Of a DNA stretch of 60,292 bases, positions 22,843 through 33,837 are shown one piece after another (positions within the stretch are counted from its first letter, which is position 1; each line of letters opens with the position of its first letter). The stretch is from Andalucia godoyi And28. Its lineage: Eukaryota > Protista > Jakobida. Under the pieces are notes generated by a model. The model was not told where the DNA came from. It saw only the letters and a program-made list of their open reading frames with translations, and ran no database searches. Made by a program: the position numbers and the translations under genes. The DNA lies in NCBI GenBank assembly GCA_009859145.1, contig VRVR01000026.1:157849-218140 (forward strand). Reading direction: 5' to 3'.

Positions 22843-23189
22843 TAGAGTAGGGCTTTTCCTTGCCGCTTGATTTGATTTGGCGTCGTTTTTCCTCCTCTTC
22901 TTTCTGCCTTGTTCTTTACAGAGCAACGAAAATTCCTTTGGCTCCTTCTCATTTATGTTTGTTTTTTGTTTTTGTTTTTGTTTTTGTTTTTTGGTCCGTC
23001 GTTCGCGATCCGTCTTGTTTCAGAAATCCGTCACTTGTTTTTATTCTTCTGGATTTTTCCGCGATGTTCTGACGTTCATTCTTCCCGCCCTCCTTTGCAT
23101 TTTTAAGGGGGTTTTTTTATTACTGTCTTTGCTGTTTCTTCTTTGTTGTTGTTGTGTTTTTTTTTTTTAATTTTAAATATTTATTTAAG

Positions 23190-24023
23190 ATTCTCTTTGC
23201 ATCTCGTCTGCGATGCACACACTGCATCAACGCCGATTGGCGCTGATTGGTACAGTTGCAACGGCGCATGACAATTCGTCCTACGAATCAATTGTCTAAA
23301 GGGCAAGGCCCCAGAACACACGTGCATGCGCGCAACGGGTTCTTCAAAGAGATATTGCGCGCGCCATCCCAATTATGACCGATCACCGTTGGATACGCTG
23401 GAAATCGGGTCTCCTTGGCGGTTTCATGCTCCCTCGCCTTTGTGCAGCAGTCGCTGGCGGAATTGGAAGTGGCCCCATGTGGAAGAGAGGGGCAGTTTCG
23501 TTTTTTATTTAGTTCTAACCGGATGGAAAAGACCCCTACGTTAGGGTTTCAAGCAGTTTGTCAAAGACGACGAAAAGGAAATGAAATGTGATAAGACCAG
23601 TTCAATTCTCCTGCGGAGTATAATTCCTGCTGTAAAGCAAAAAACATTCGCAACATGAATCATTATTGATCATCGGCTACGCTGTCACCGAAGACAGATC
23701 CAAGCCACGTGTTTTTAATTGGGTCGAGCACCAACTCTTCAATGCAGATTGCTCTGCACCAAAGGGTCATCGCTTTTTCTTGCTCTCGGTCTCTGACGAG
23801 AGGAGATCAACGGTTTTCTTGGTTCTCGCTATCTTCGGGGCATGGCCGGTTTGAGTTTGTTGGGAAGATCCCTCTTTGGAGCCATGAGATGTTTTCTGTC
23901 TTTGATGAAAGGTGCTGCTTGTGAGGGTTCGATTATAAAACACAAACAAACAGAAAGTAACAGAAAGAGAAAAAAGTGAAAGAATAAAAGAAATTCTGGA
24001 CTGCACTACGGTAAGGAACATCG
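23190..24023 (-). mobile_element. Decayed, internally deleted Fanzor/TnpB-like element, copy 1
   Basis: Minus-strand translation across frameshifts gives MAPKR (23885), LNKK, TWGHFQFRQRLLHK-AREH (23477-23425) and VIGHNWDGARNISLKN (about 23385-23340); the 5' part is homologous to 36283 onward; hairpins follow the ORF end. The right boundary is approximate. Confidence 0.75.
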
Positions 24024-24211
24024 CGTCCCCATAAGATAGGGTTATTTAGGAAAAACTTTCCGGTATGATGTTGTTTGATGTCCACACACAAAAACGGCCA
24101 GACCGTCTGACCCGCTTGTGTTTCTCTCTCTCTCTCTTTTCAGATTGTCGTTTTATTTGAATTGCGAATTACTTCCGGGAGTGCGCGTGCAACAGCTTTT
24201 TTCGTTGAAAA

Positions 24212-25510
24212 ATGCATTCAGTGTCTACCCAAGAATCCAACGTTGTGTCGGATGATTTGTCGATCGAACTCGAGGAGCAGCTTGATCCAGCCAAGATTGC
24301 CAAGAAGCGCAAGCTGATTTACATGACTGTTGTGACTGGGGCGTTCATGTTTGTCGAGCTTGGAGTTGGAATGTACACGCAATCAATGGCACTGATTGCA
24401 GACTCATTCCACATGTCATCGGATGTTCTGTCGATGATTGTCGCTGTAGTTGCAGTTCGCATGCAGGCTAAACGACCCACGCAATACATGTCGTATGGCT
24501 GGGAACGAGGTGAAGTGCTTGCGGCTTTAGTGAATGGAGTCTTCCTCCTTGCGCTGTGCTTTTCCATCGTTATCAATGCAATTGAGTGGTTTCTCGTCGA
24601 GGAATCGCACGTCCGCGATCCGATGTTGTTTGTGATCGTGGCTGCTCTGGGCCTCGGGATCAATATCGGAAGTATTTTTGTTATTGGCCACGACCATGAC
24701 CATGGTCACGGCCACAGTCACGGCCATAGTCATGACCACAATCATGGTGATACGCATGGTTCTTCGTCTGCCGAGCACACGCACAGCCACGATGATCATT
24801 CTGCGTGTGACCACAACCACGATGCATCGCATGCTTCAGGCGACTCTTCGCATTCCACTTCTCCTGCTGTTGTGCCTGCAGAGCGAGACATGAACATGCA
24901 CGGAGTTTTTGTTCATGTGGTCGGAGATGCTCTTGGTTCTGTGGGAGCATTGGTCTCGGGATTAGTGATTTGGTTGACGGACTGGGAGTATCGATTTTAT
25001 CTCGATCCAATCACTTCGCTGTTTATTGCGGTGATTATCTCGGCGCACACGGCACCACTAATTCGAAGCTCTGCACGCGTCATGATGATGGGGTCTCCTA
25101 TGACGATGAGCTTGCAAAAGTTGGAAAGCGACCTCGCTCATGTTCCAGGGGTTTTGTCTGTACACGATTTACACATCTGGCAGCTTTCTCAAAAGAAAAA
25201 TGTCGGAACTGTTCACATTCTTGCTCGATCCCTGGAAGAATACGATGCCATTGCAGCCACAGTTCAACAGTTATTCCATGACTATGGTGTTCACATGGTC
25301 ACCATCCAACCCGAGTTTCTGCGAAACTCGCACAATGCCGGCTCCGTGTCAGATGCATCCAGTGCATCGGATGTTCCTGTAGGCGGATCTTTTCCAGAAG
25401 ACCTCAGCTCGACTTGCCTGTTGTCCTGCAATTCCGGCAAATGTTCCGAATTTCGCCTTGCAGACGGGGCAAAAAAGCGAAAGAATCGCTCTAGTTCGCC
25501 TTCCGTTTAA
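24212..25510 (+). CDS. Cation diffusion facilitator zinc transporter, ZnT1/Zrc1/Cot1-type
   Basis: ADSFHMSSD and HVVGD metal sites, YGWERGEVLAALVNGVFL, His-rich loop, VHDLHIWQL, HMVTIQPEF. Confidence 0.95.
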   Translation: MHSVSTQESNVVSDDLSIELEEQLDPAKIAKKRKLIYMTVVTGAFMFVELGVGMYTQSMALIADSFHMSSDVLSMIVAVVAVRMQAKRPTQYMSYGWERGEVLAALVNGVFLLALCFSIVINAIEWFLVEESHVRDPMLFVIVAALGLGINIGSIFVIGHDHDHGHGHSHGHSHDHNHGDTHGSSSAEHTHSHDDHSACDHNHDASHASGDSSHSTSPAVVPAERDMNMHGVFVHVVGDALGSVGALVSGLVIWLTDWEYRFYLDPITSLFIAVIISAHTAPLIRSSARVMMMGSPMTMSLQKLESDLAHVPGVLSVHDLHIWQLSQKKNVGTVHILARSLEEYDAIAATVQQLFHDYGVHMVTIQPEFLRNSHNAGSVSDASSASDVPVGGSFPEDLSSTCLLSCNSGKCSEFRLADGAKKRKNRSSSPSV

Positions 25511-25744
25511 CTGGCGCTCGTTTGCTGTCTGTCAACGACCCCCGTCCCAAAAAATGGATATGTTTCTATTGGACATCACGTCTTCCGGAGATTGATTGCA
25601 AGTGCTTCATTTTTCGTGTAAAGTAGTTTTAAAAAACAAATCAAATCGGCTTCTCACTTTCTCTCGACGAATGACTGCAGCCAGCAAATCAGTGCATCGA
25701 AGGACGGAAAAATCAACACAACAACAGCAGACGTTCAATCCTTC

Positions 25745-27453
25745 CTAATGTTCCATATATTGCGATAAGTCAATGGACAAGTCGGCCGCCAGCAGCTTTG
25801 CGGTTTCAACATCGACATTGGAGCGCAAGCGGAAGTTTGAAAGTTCCACGGAAGACTCGGAACTGCGAGATAGCAGTTTCAAGGAACACAAGGTAGAAAC
25901 ATCTCGAAATACAGAGTCAGGAACATACGGATCACACAGCTGCCGAGGAAAAGGCAGTCCAGACGCTGTCAAAACCAAGTTTGGCTCATAAATCGAGTAA
26001 AAAACACAAAGAAGCCTTTCGATTTCAAATGGCTTGCTTTGCTCGTCTGCAGCTTGGGACAGCACAGTTGCACCACGCTGATCCGTTCGATTGGTTCGAC
26101 GCTTCCGTTTTCTGACCGTCAGCGGAGCAAAATACTTCATGTCCAATCTACTGGGTGTCTTTCCGGCCAAATAAGCAGCCAACAACAGAAACTTTGTTCG
26201 CGCAGGCAGGTTTGCCAATCGAGTTTTTGAAGCACTCATCGCTTGCACCGCGGCTACGTCATCGTCAAACTGATTATCCGGAACAAGATCCGATTCACTA
26301 GCCCCGACTCGACTCTGTGAAGACGCCAAAGGCGCAGCGGTTCGTGAAAACAACTGCAGCATTGCAGACCGGAGGGCCGCTTGAGCATTCTTTACTAGCG
26401 CGGACGTGTCCCCCGGACCCAGCTTTCCCGCAATAACTGGCGCTATATACAACTCAAACAAACCCGGCACATGATGTCGCATCTCGTATACATCCCGACA
26501 AGCAATCCAAGCAAGATCCACAAAATAGTGAACAAAATCACGAAACAAACTCTCGAAATCTAGCGCGGACAGTCCAGCCTGGCTGAATTTCTCCTTCAAT
26601 GACGCGCAATCACCGTCTCGGTATTCAACGAGCGTTTTTCTGATAAAGGACTTGTCATAAAACTCTGAGGCGCAGACTTTCATGGGTGGAGGAAGGCCAA
26701 CAGCACTCGGGAACGCATCCCACGGCGCTTCTGAGATCAAAATGGGGGAAACACGAAACTCAAACTGCGATAGATTAGCGACTACGAGCAACAAACACCA
26801 AAGGCAAAAAGAAAAGAAGAAGAAACGATTCATACCATGGAACAAAGGTCCTGCAACATGACCAAGAACGCGTCTTCGGCAGACTCGAGGCTCAGTGCAG
26901 ACGGAATAACGAGGATGATGTTTTCGTTTGTTGATGCAAAGTGCGCAGACAGCGTATCCATCAAGGTGAAGAATGGGTCACCACGAGCGCGATTCATCCT
27001 CTGCTCTGGTTTTCGGCGTTTGGGGGTGGAAATCAGCTGCACCACTTCGGATCCATCATGGCTAAGCTTGTCGAGAATCGTCAAGAACAAGTCTTTGATC
27101 GAAGTCATGCAAAATGGATCACACAAAACATGCCGATACGAATTTCTTTGGAGCACTGACTGCACCGAACGAAGTGTAAGATACTCACATGGAGTTTGCA
27201 CATGAACAAAACATGATGGTCGCAGCGAATTCTAGCCGAAAACAACCAACATCATCAGTAAGCACCCAAGGATGGACCAAAAAACCCAAAAAAGATAGAA
27301 AAGAAAAGAAAAAATAAGAAAAAAAAAAAGAAAAAAAGAGTCAGCAGCAGCAAAGACATACACCTGGATATAGTACAGATAGCGATTCTTCAAATCCCAC
27401 CATTTCTCGTGCACAAAATCAATGCAGTCGTGCGTTCCTTCTTTGGTCTTCAC
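25745..27453 (-). CDS. ORC5: Origin recognition complex subunit 5; exons ?-27364, 27231-26836, 26764-25745; start not resolved
   Basis: C-terminal LPARTKFLLLAAYLA...DMKYF, KPFEIERLLCVF, VSTLCSLKLL...LSIDLSQYM match ORC5_C; introns 26765-26835 and 27232-27363 are GT-AG and phase 0. Confidence 0.8.
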
Positions 27454-27764
27454 CTTCTTTACCTTTTTTTTTCCCTTCTACCCTTGTGCTGTTCAGTTGT
27501 CCAAGTCGTTCTTGTTGCCAGCAGCCAGCAAGTGACGACACCCTGGGAAAAGCAAGAAGAGACGGGGGGGCGCTAAGGCAAGCTATCGTAAGAGCAGCTA
27601 TTCTTGCCGGATTTTTCGCACTTGTCATTGTCGGGTCATTCCAATTGGAAAAACCACCCAATTATTTTCGTTGCAAATTCGTGTTCAGCGCAGTGAACTT
27701 TCATACGTTTCGTTTTTAAAATGTTCATCCGATAATGTTCATTACGTTTTTCTGAGTCCCGCAA

Positions 27765-28896
27765 AATGGAAGAAATGTAATTAGGAGGCAGGCATACTTG
27801 CCGGGTCAGTAAACGATCCTCTACCGGAAGAAACGTGAATTCGGACGCGCAGCTCACGAAAGACGTCCTTGCGCATGTCATTAAGTGTGTAAAGGACAAG
27901 GATCTGCAATCTCCTGAACGTACCGTGCGCAAAATACGTGGGTATCTATTCCGCCGTGGTCATCGATGAACTAAACGACTATGCACGAAATGTGTTAGTG
28001 AAAACGCCTGGTGGGCAGTCTCGAACCTTTCATCCTGTCGTTCCAACAGAAGAGGAAGATCGTTGTCCAAATGTTGTCGAAGTACGTAAGCGATACCGGA
28101 AGAACAAGAACGATAACACTAACAAGGAAGAGAGTGTGTTCTTTTGGACATGGCATCAAAACGAAAGTATCCAAAACAATGCTGTCGAAACATTGGCTTT
28201 TTGCGTCCGTCTCTAGCCCTCTGCCTTCCCTCAACACTCGAACGATCGCGGGAATATTCATTTAACAACAGTAACGTCGACGAATTCTTTGGAGATCTGG
28301 AAATGGCGTATGCGCGAGCAGGAATTGCGAGTCAAGAAGATGCTTGGAGAATCATCAACATGGACGAGACAGGTGTCCAAGGAGATCATGAGTCCAAGAT
28401 GCGTATACCCGCTCCCGAAGGCACAAAGAGAGTGACGAACGACAATAACGATGCAGAAGGCCGCAAAGGAACCGCAGCAGCGGGAGGGAAACAGAGGCAG
28501 CGGCGCAACCGTCAAAGAGGAGTCCTATCAGCAAGTGCACGCAAGAACCGGAAAAAGCCTCGAGCAAAGACGTCAAGTTTCTGTCTCACTGCTCAGGAAG
28601 CGGTTGCTTTCCTGCGAAACAAAGTTGCAGACGAGAATCAACAGAGAGCGGAGAAGGATGCAAAAGCACGGAAACGGCAACAGACAGCAGCCCGAAGCTC
28701 GAGCGTTTCGACTGCTCCTCGTCCGCCAAACGCCATCCACATCCGTTCCTACAATGGCGGTGAGGGCAGCAGGCACGGTTGGAATACAGCCCCCACGAGA
28801 ATGAATGCTGTCGTCTATCCAAGCAGCAAACCGACGATTTGCCCAAAACTAACGCTAGCCATTCTCCAGGCAAGCAATTGGAGATGTAATTCTTAA
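27765..28896 (+). mobile_element. Decayed pogo/Fot1-like (DDE_1, CENP-B-type) transposase relic with an internal deletion
   Basis: LERSREYSFNNSNVDEFFGDLEMAY...RIINMDETGVQ (first catalytic Asp motif); upstream HTH-like fragments across frameshifts (HPVVPTEEED, SKHW); basic C-terminal tail. No TIRs identified. Confidence 0.75.
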
Positions 28897-29562
28897 TCTT
28901 TGCTCGAAACTGTGCCCATTTATATCGTCATACGTTTTAAAGAACAAAGAGAGATTAAATGCGAAAAGACTGGAGGATAACCGGCAAAAATACCAGGAAC
29001 AGGCAAGAATACCTGCTCTTCCGATAAACACACAGCAAAGGGGTGGCAACTACAGCGGGTGGCGAGTGCGGCCGGCGCTACCACGGTTGGATCTTTGTGA
29101 GAACCTGCCAGACACAAACATCTTCGACAGACAACACTTGACAACCGATTCCTTGTAATCGATGATTCTTCCGCGACAGTTCTTTCTGGGTCTTTTGGCA
29201 GCAGGCTCCTCCGCCGCGGTCTCTCTTTCTATATGGCGCACTCCGTTGCCAATCAACAGAATGAATACAATATCCGCTCGGAATGGCAATAAAAAAAGCT
29301 GGTTGAATTTTCCTGGTTCCCAAAGTCCAAAACGGTTTCTAACGAATGCACTAATTGATCATTTCGAGAGTTCTGAACAAAAACATAGGCTATTTCTATT
29401 TTGGGGTGCGCAGACCTACGGATGTCCCACTCAAAAGGAAAATTCATTGGATGGGGCGCTGGTGCTGATTTATAAAGTCATTTTACTTCAAAAAAAAAAA
29501 ATCTGCTTGAGGCGCAGCATGCGAGCCAAATGCTTGGAGAGGTTTGTGTTGGAGGGTAGTAC

Positions 29563-32103
29563 CTAGGAGAATCCGGAGAGAAGCATTGGTCTGAGGAAGA
29601 GTGGCATGGCATACATCAGAGAGCGACCAACTAGCTCGGGAGCCGGAACAGAGAGAGATAGTGCAAAGGCTATTGAGAAAGGCAGTGAGCCGTCTTCAGC
29701 AACAGCAGCAAGAGACGGAATGAGGCATGGAATGTACTCTGTCGGCGGCTTCCGCAATTCAAGCGCGTGGCAGTGCGCCTCCAAAGCTACCAGTCGGTCT
29801 TGGAGCTGCGTAACGGAAGCCCGCAAGGCAATGTTTTCCGTACGCAGTCCATTAACTGTTTCCTCTGCAGCTTCCTTCGCCTTGACGGTGTCCTTCTCGA
29901 TCTTTGCCGATGCTATCTTTGCGGCCTTCAGTTCCTTCTCATTTTCTTGACACGATGCAGTTTGATCAGCAAGTTGTTTCTTGAGATCGCTGGTTTGAAG
30001 CAGCAGCCCAGAAATCGCTTGCTCTTTCTCAGTCAGCGTACGTGCATGAGCCTCCTGCGCCCCGCCCAGTTGGCTGCGTAACTCTGCTGCCAAGTCTGCT
30101 TGCTGGGCAAGCTGGGACTGCAAACACTGTGCCAGCGCAGACTGTTCCTGCATGTGGCTTTCTGCATTCGAAAGAGCCTCTTGAGTCGCAAGAAGAGATG
30201 CCTGGGATGACAGCAGGTCTGCCGTACCTTTTTGAATGCATTCCTTCAGACCGTTCTCGGAAGAAACCAAACTCTGTACATTGCTTTCAAGAAGGAGAAT
30301 GCGACTCGATGCGACAGAAACATCCATTTGAAGGCCATCTCTTTCCGCTTGGATTCTTGATATTTCCAACCGCAGAGCATCGGTTTCTGCTGTTTTCGAA
30401 GTCGAAGAATGCAACAAATCCTCGACCTGACTTCGTGCGGCAGAAAGCTGCCGAAGCAGAACTGTCATCTCGTCAGAACCATTGGATATCTTCGCTTTGA
30501 GTGATGCGTTATCCGCCACCAGTGCAGCCTTATCCGAGATTGCAAGGTCCAATCTTTGCTGCAGTTCAGCCATCTTGTTTTGGGCCTCCATCGCTGAGCT
30601 TTGGGCGACGATCAGATCCGCTGAAACTCGCTGAAGATCATTCTGTGCCGCTAACAGCTGAGAATCCACAGATGATTTTGCACCGCGAATCTGAGCCGCG
30701 TCACTTTCCACGACTCGAAGCTGTTGAGACAGCCAGTCTCGTTCAGCCACTGTGCTCTTTATCAAAGTGTCTGCCTCCTGCAACTGGGTTCTGAAACTCG
30801 ATTGCATATCTTGCAACTCTCGGATTGTTTCATGAGAAGAGCTGAGGTTTTGTTGTAGAGATGCAATCTCGTCCGCATTTCGATTAAGATTAACAATCTG
30901 TTGTCGCTTGATATCCTCAAGATCCGTGACAGTGGATCGGAGTTCCTCGATCAGTGTTTGAGCGTCCAAAAGTTCCTTGGACAGCTCAGAGACTCGGAAC
31001 TGAAGTCCAACAACCTCGGAATCGAGAGAGCGGCATTCTTCCATCTTAACTTGGAGCTTGCTGACTGCTTCTTCGCGAGCAGTCTTTTCGAAATCCAGTT
31101 CCTTGAATACCTTCTCTGATTGCATGGATAGCGATGCAATCTCGATGTCCTTCTTTTCCGACAGCTGCTGGAGGACAGCGAGGGAAGATGCCGATTCTTC
31201 AAAAGACTTCAGTGCCGTGTCAGATTTTTGTTTTTCGGCGTCTCGTTCTTTTTCAAGCGACTTGTTGCTCTGCACTAGCAACTTGAGCTCAACAAGCAGC
31301 TTTTCAATGTTTGCCTTCGCCGCGGCGTACTTTGTTTCCAGTTCTTTGAGCTTGTTCTGTGACTCCGTAAGCTGAGACGCAAGAGAAGTGTTGTCTTTCC
31401 GGATGTTGTCCATATGTTGCACGTCGGACGCCAAGCGGTCTCGTTCTTCTTGGAGGACTCCAAGAGCTCGATCAAGCTCGTCAATTTGCATGTCCTTCTC
31501 AGAGAGCTGTTGCATAATTTCCATCTTTTCCGCCATTGACCGAGTTAGTCTGGTCGTCAGCCGGTGAACTTGCTCCTCGTGATCCACTGACATGCCCCGA
31601 GACGTGCTTATGGTTTCCTTCAAGTCTGAGACAACCTTTTGAAAGTGGTCCATTTCAGAAGCCATCTGGGAGAGCTCAGACATTGTGCACATGCGAACAG
31701 CGTGAAAAGTGTTCTTGAGTATCGAAATGCCTTGCGTGGACGCGTGGACCAAAGCTGCATTCTTCGCCAAAACATCGTTGTGCAATTTTTGGATGTCTTG
31801 CACTTCATGCGCCACTTGTTCAGGAGAATAGAATGGGGAACTCATTTTTTTGACAAGAGATCGAATTTCTGGAGATCCCAAAACTCTGTCTCGAAGGACC
31901 GCAGTTCGTTTTGGCGTAAAAGGCGAAGGCTTTGGCGAAAAGAAGTTTTCTTCATCGGAATCTTGCTCAAAAGGAGGAGGGCTTCCAGATTCTTTTGCCT
32001 GCGCATTCCTTTCGCGACGCTTTCTTTCGCGCTCAAGGCGTTCGCGAGCCAAAATCTTGGCTGGAGACGCCATGATAATGTCAAGCATGGGTGAATTGGA
32101 CAT
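29563..32103 (-). CDS. Long coiled-coil protein (846 aa) with an S/T-P-rich N-terminus and a hydrophobic C-terminus
   Basis: About 700 aa of continuous heptads; first ATG at 32103; no family motif recognised. Confidence 0.8.
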   Translation of the reverse strand: MSNSPMLDIIMASPAKILARERLERERKRRERNAQAKESGSPPPFEQDSDEENFFSPKPSPFTPKRTAVLRDRVLGSPEIRSLVKKMSSPFYSPEQVAHEVQDIQKLHNDVLAKNAALVHASTQGISILKNTFHAVRMCTMSELSQMASEMDHFQKVVSDLKETISTSRGMSVDHEEQVHRLTTRLTRSMAEKMEIMQQLSEKDMQIDELDRALGVLQEERDRLASDVQHMDNIRKDNTSLASQLTESQNKLKELETKYAAAKANIEKLLVELKLLVQSNKSLEKERDAEKQKSDTALKSFEESASSLAVLQQLSEKKDIEIASLSMQSEKVFKELDFEKTAREEAVSKLQVKMEECRSLDSEVVGLQFRVSELSKELLDAQTLIEELRSTVTDLEDIKRQQIVNLNRNADEIASLQQNLSSSHETIRELQDMQSSFRTQLQEADTLIKSTVAERDWLSQQLRVVESDAAQIRGAKSSVDSQLLAAQNDLQRVSADLIVAQSSAMEAQNKMAELQQRLDLAISDKAALVADNASLKAKISNGSDEMTVLLRQLSAARSQVEDLLHSSTSKTAETDALRLEISRIQAERDGLQMDVSVASSRILLLESNVQSLVSSENGLKECIQKGTADLLSSQASLLATQEALSNAESHMQEQSALAQCLQSQLAQQADLAAELRSQLGGAQEAHARTLTEKEQAISGLLLQTSDLKKQLADQTASCQENEKELKAAKIASAKIEKDTVKAKEAAEETVNGLRTENIALRASVTQLQDRLVALEAHCHALELRKPPTEYIPCLIPSLAAVAEDGSLPFSIAFALSLSVPAPELVGRSLMYAMPLFLRPMLLSGFS

Positions 32104-32708
32104 GTTGAATTTCACGGGAAACAGCGCAGGGGATCGGCGTGCAACCAAATCACTCAAGGAAAAAGAAAAGGGAAGAAGAAGAAGAAAAAATACGAGGGGA
32201 TCCACGGTGCTAGACACGAGCAGGAACAGTTAAAATCAATGAAACACGCAAAGGAATCGCTATCAAACGAACAAAACGGATGAAGTCTGCAATCGCCAAG
32301 TCGAAAAAGAGATATTTGGTTTTCGCCCAAATGGAAGAAAGCCCGTGCTTTTTGGGTTATGTTTCTGTTATTGGTTTTGGGGGTTTTTTCGTGTTTTGTT
32401 TTTTTGCAGGAATTGAGGCCTGTCGAAAAATCTCTAACGGACCTCTCCTGACTACGGCAGACCGAGCACTTCGGGCACTTCCAGTTCCCCAGCTGAGAGT
32501 TGGGAATGTTCTCGGTTTTTTTCTGCACGTTCGCAGTCTACGGGTCCGAATATTTCTCGGCTATTCTTTGCGAGTGTCGTTGATTCCAAGGATCACAAGA
32601 CGTTGACATTCGAGTATTTGCACTGCTGCTATTCGATCCTATTCGAGGGTTGCGCATGATGATGTAGAAACTTTCATTAATTATTATAATTTTTTCTTCG
32701 TTTCAACA

Positions 32709-33320
32709 ATGTCGTATCGAGCCACAGCAAAGCTTGTCGCTTGTGCAGCAGCGTATGTGTCGTTCGTTGGTGGTTCGTACTACCTGTTTCGCGATCTTTC
32801 AAGTTGTCTCCACCGCCGAGATCGCCTCCGAACGATTCATTTCCAGCCAGCGAAAGGGCGGATTGTATCTCGCCACTTGGAAGAATCAAATATGTTTTCT
32901 TCACTCAGCAACGAATACGACGATTTTTACTTTGACGTTGACGATGCCAGTTCCACTAGCAGCCTTGACAATCATAACAGGATGAACAGTCGGAACGATC
33001 ATGATGCTGAGTGGGCACACTATGCGGGTTCCGTTGCATACGAGTACAACGTTGGAGGAAGAATGATTGTTGGAAAAGATATTTGGCTCCACGTTTCGCG
33101 ACTTGACATTCTTCTCAAAGACGCCTCACCCGTGAGTAAGATGGTGATCGAGGCGCATGTCGGCGACTTGGTTCCAGTGTTCTACGATCCTCAGAACCCA
33201 ACCGTCGCGGTGCTAGAAAAGGGCCCGCACCCAGCCGATGTTTCGTGGACGATTCATACAGCTTCTGTCGCGCTTCCTTTCCTCGGCGCTTCTCTTTTCT
33301 GGCTATCCAAACGACTCTAA
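32709..33320 (+). CDS. DUF3592-like membrane protein
   Basis: N- and C-terminal TM helices flanking AKGRIVS...VAYEYNVGG...VGDLVPVFYDPQNPTVAVLE. Confidence 0.75.
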   Translation: MSYRATAKLVACAAAYVSFVGGSYYLFRDLSSCLHRRDRLRTIHFQPAKGRIVSRHLEESNMFSSLSNEYDDFYFDVDDASSTSSLDNHNRMNSRNDHDAEWAHYAGSVAYEYNVGGRMIVGKDIWLHVSRLDILLKDASPVSKMVIEAHVGDLVPVFYDPQNPTVAVLEKGPHPADVSWTIHTASVALPFLGASLFWLSKRL

Positions 33321-33837
33321 CATGCCCGTTAGCCAGCAGCAGCAGCACATCCTGGTTGCTCCATCTTTAGTGATGATTAATCATCCGTCCACCCCAGAAA
33401 GTTCTTTCCGAACCCGGTGAAGCGACGCCACTTACGTAGATATTTTTACCAATGAAAGTAAAATGGAGAAAGGAGCGTGGAGAGATGTCTTTCCTTTATT
33501 TTTGTCCCTTTCACCATTGAAGATGCACTGAGCACGCCGCCTCGGACGCTGGAATATCAATCAAGAATCACAGACCGCCGACTCCGTAAACTGCCGTATG
33601 CTTTAGGTTATTTTGTTGTTGTCGTTTTTTTTGTTTTTTTTGCATCGGGTTTTTGGGTGTTGGGGGAGGCTTCTCGTTTCGTTTCTCCCTCTTTTTCTTT
33701 TTGCCCGTCCCTTTGCTGGTTCGCCTTGTTGCCTTTTATTTCAATTTCATTATATTTATTATACGTTTTATTTTTATTATACGTTTTATTTTTATTATAT
33801 TTTTGGTGATATTTCGTGCTTTCTATTCACATTGAAT

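Noticed and set aside
27791-27805. ATACTTGCCGGG resembling the U1 snRNA 5' end
   Set aside because: Two mismatches in the invariant region, no recognisable U1 stems or Sm site, and it lies in the pogo relic.
28900-29500. Basic, protein-like fragments downstream of the pogo relic
   Set aside because: No motif or terminal repeat could be assigned.
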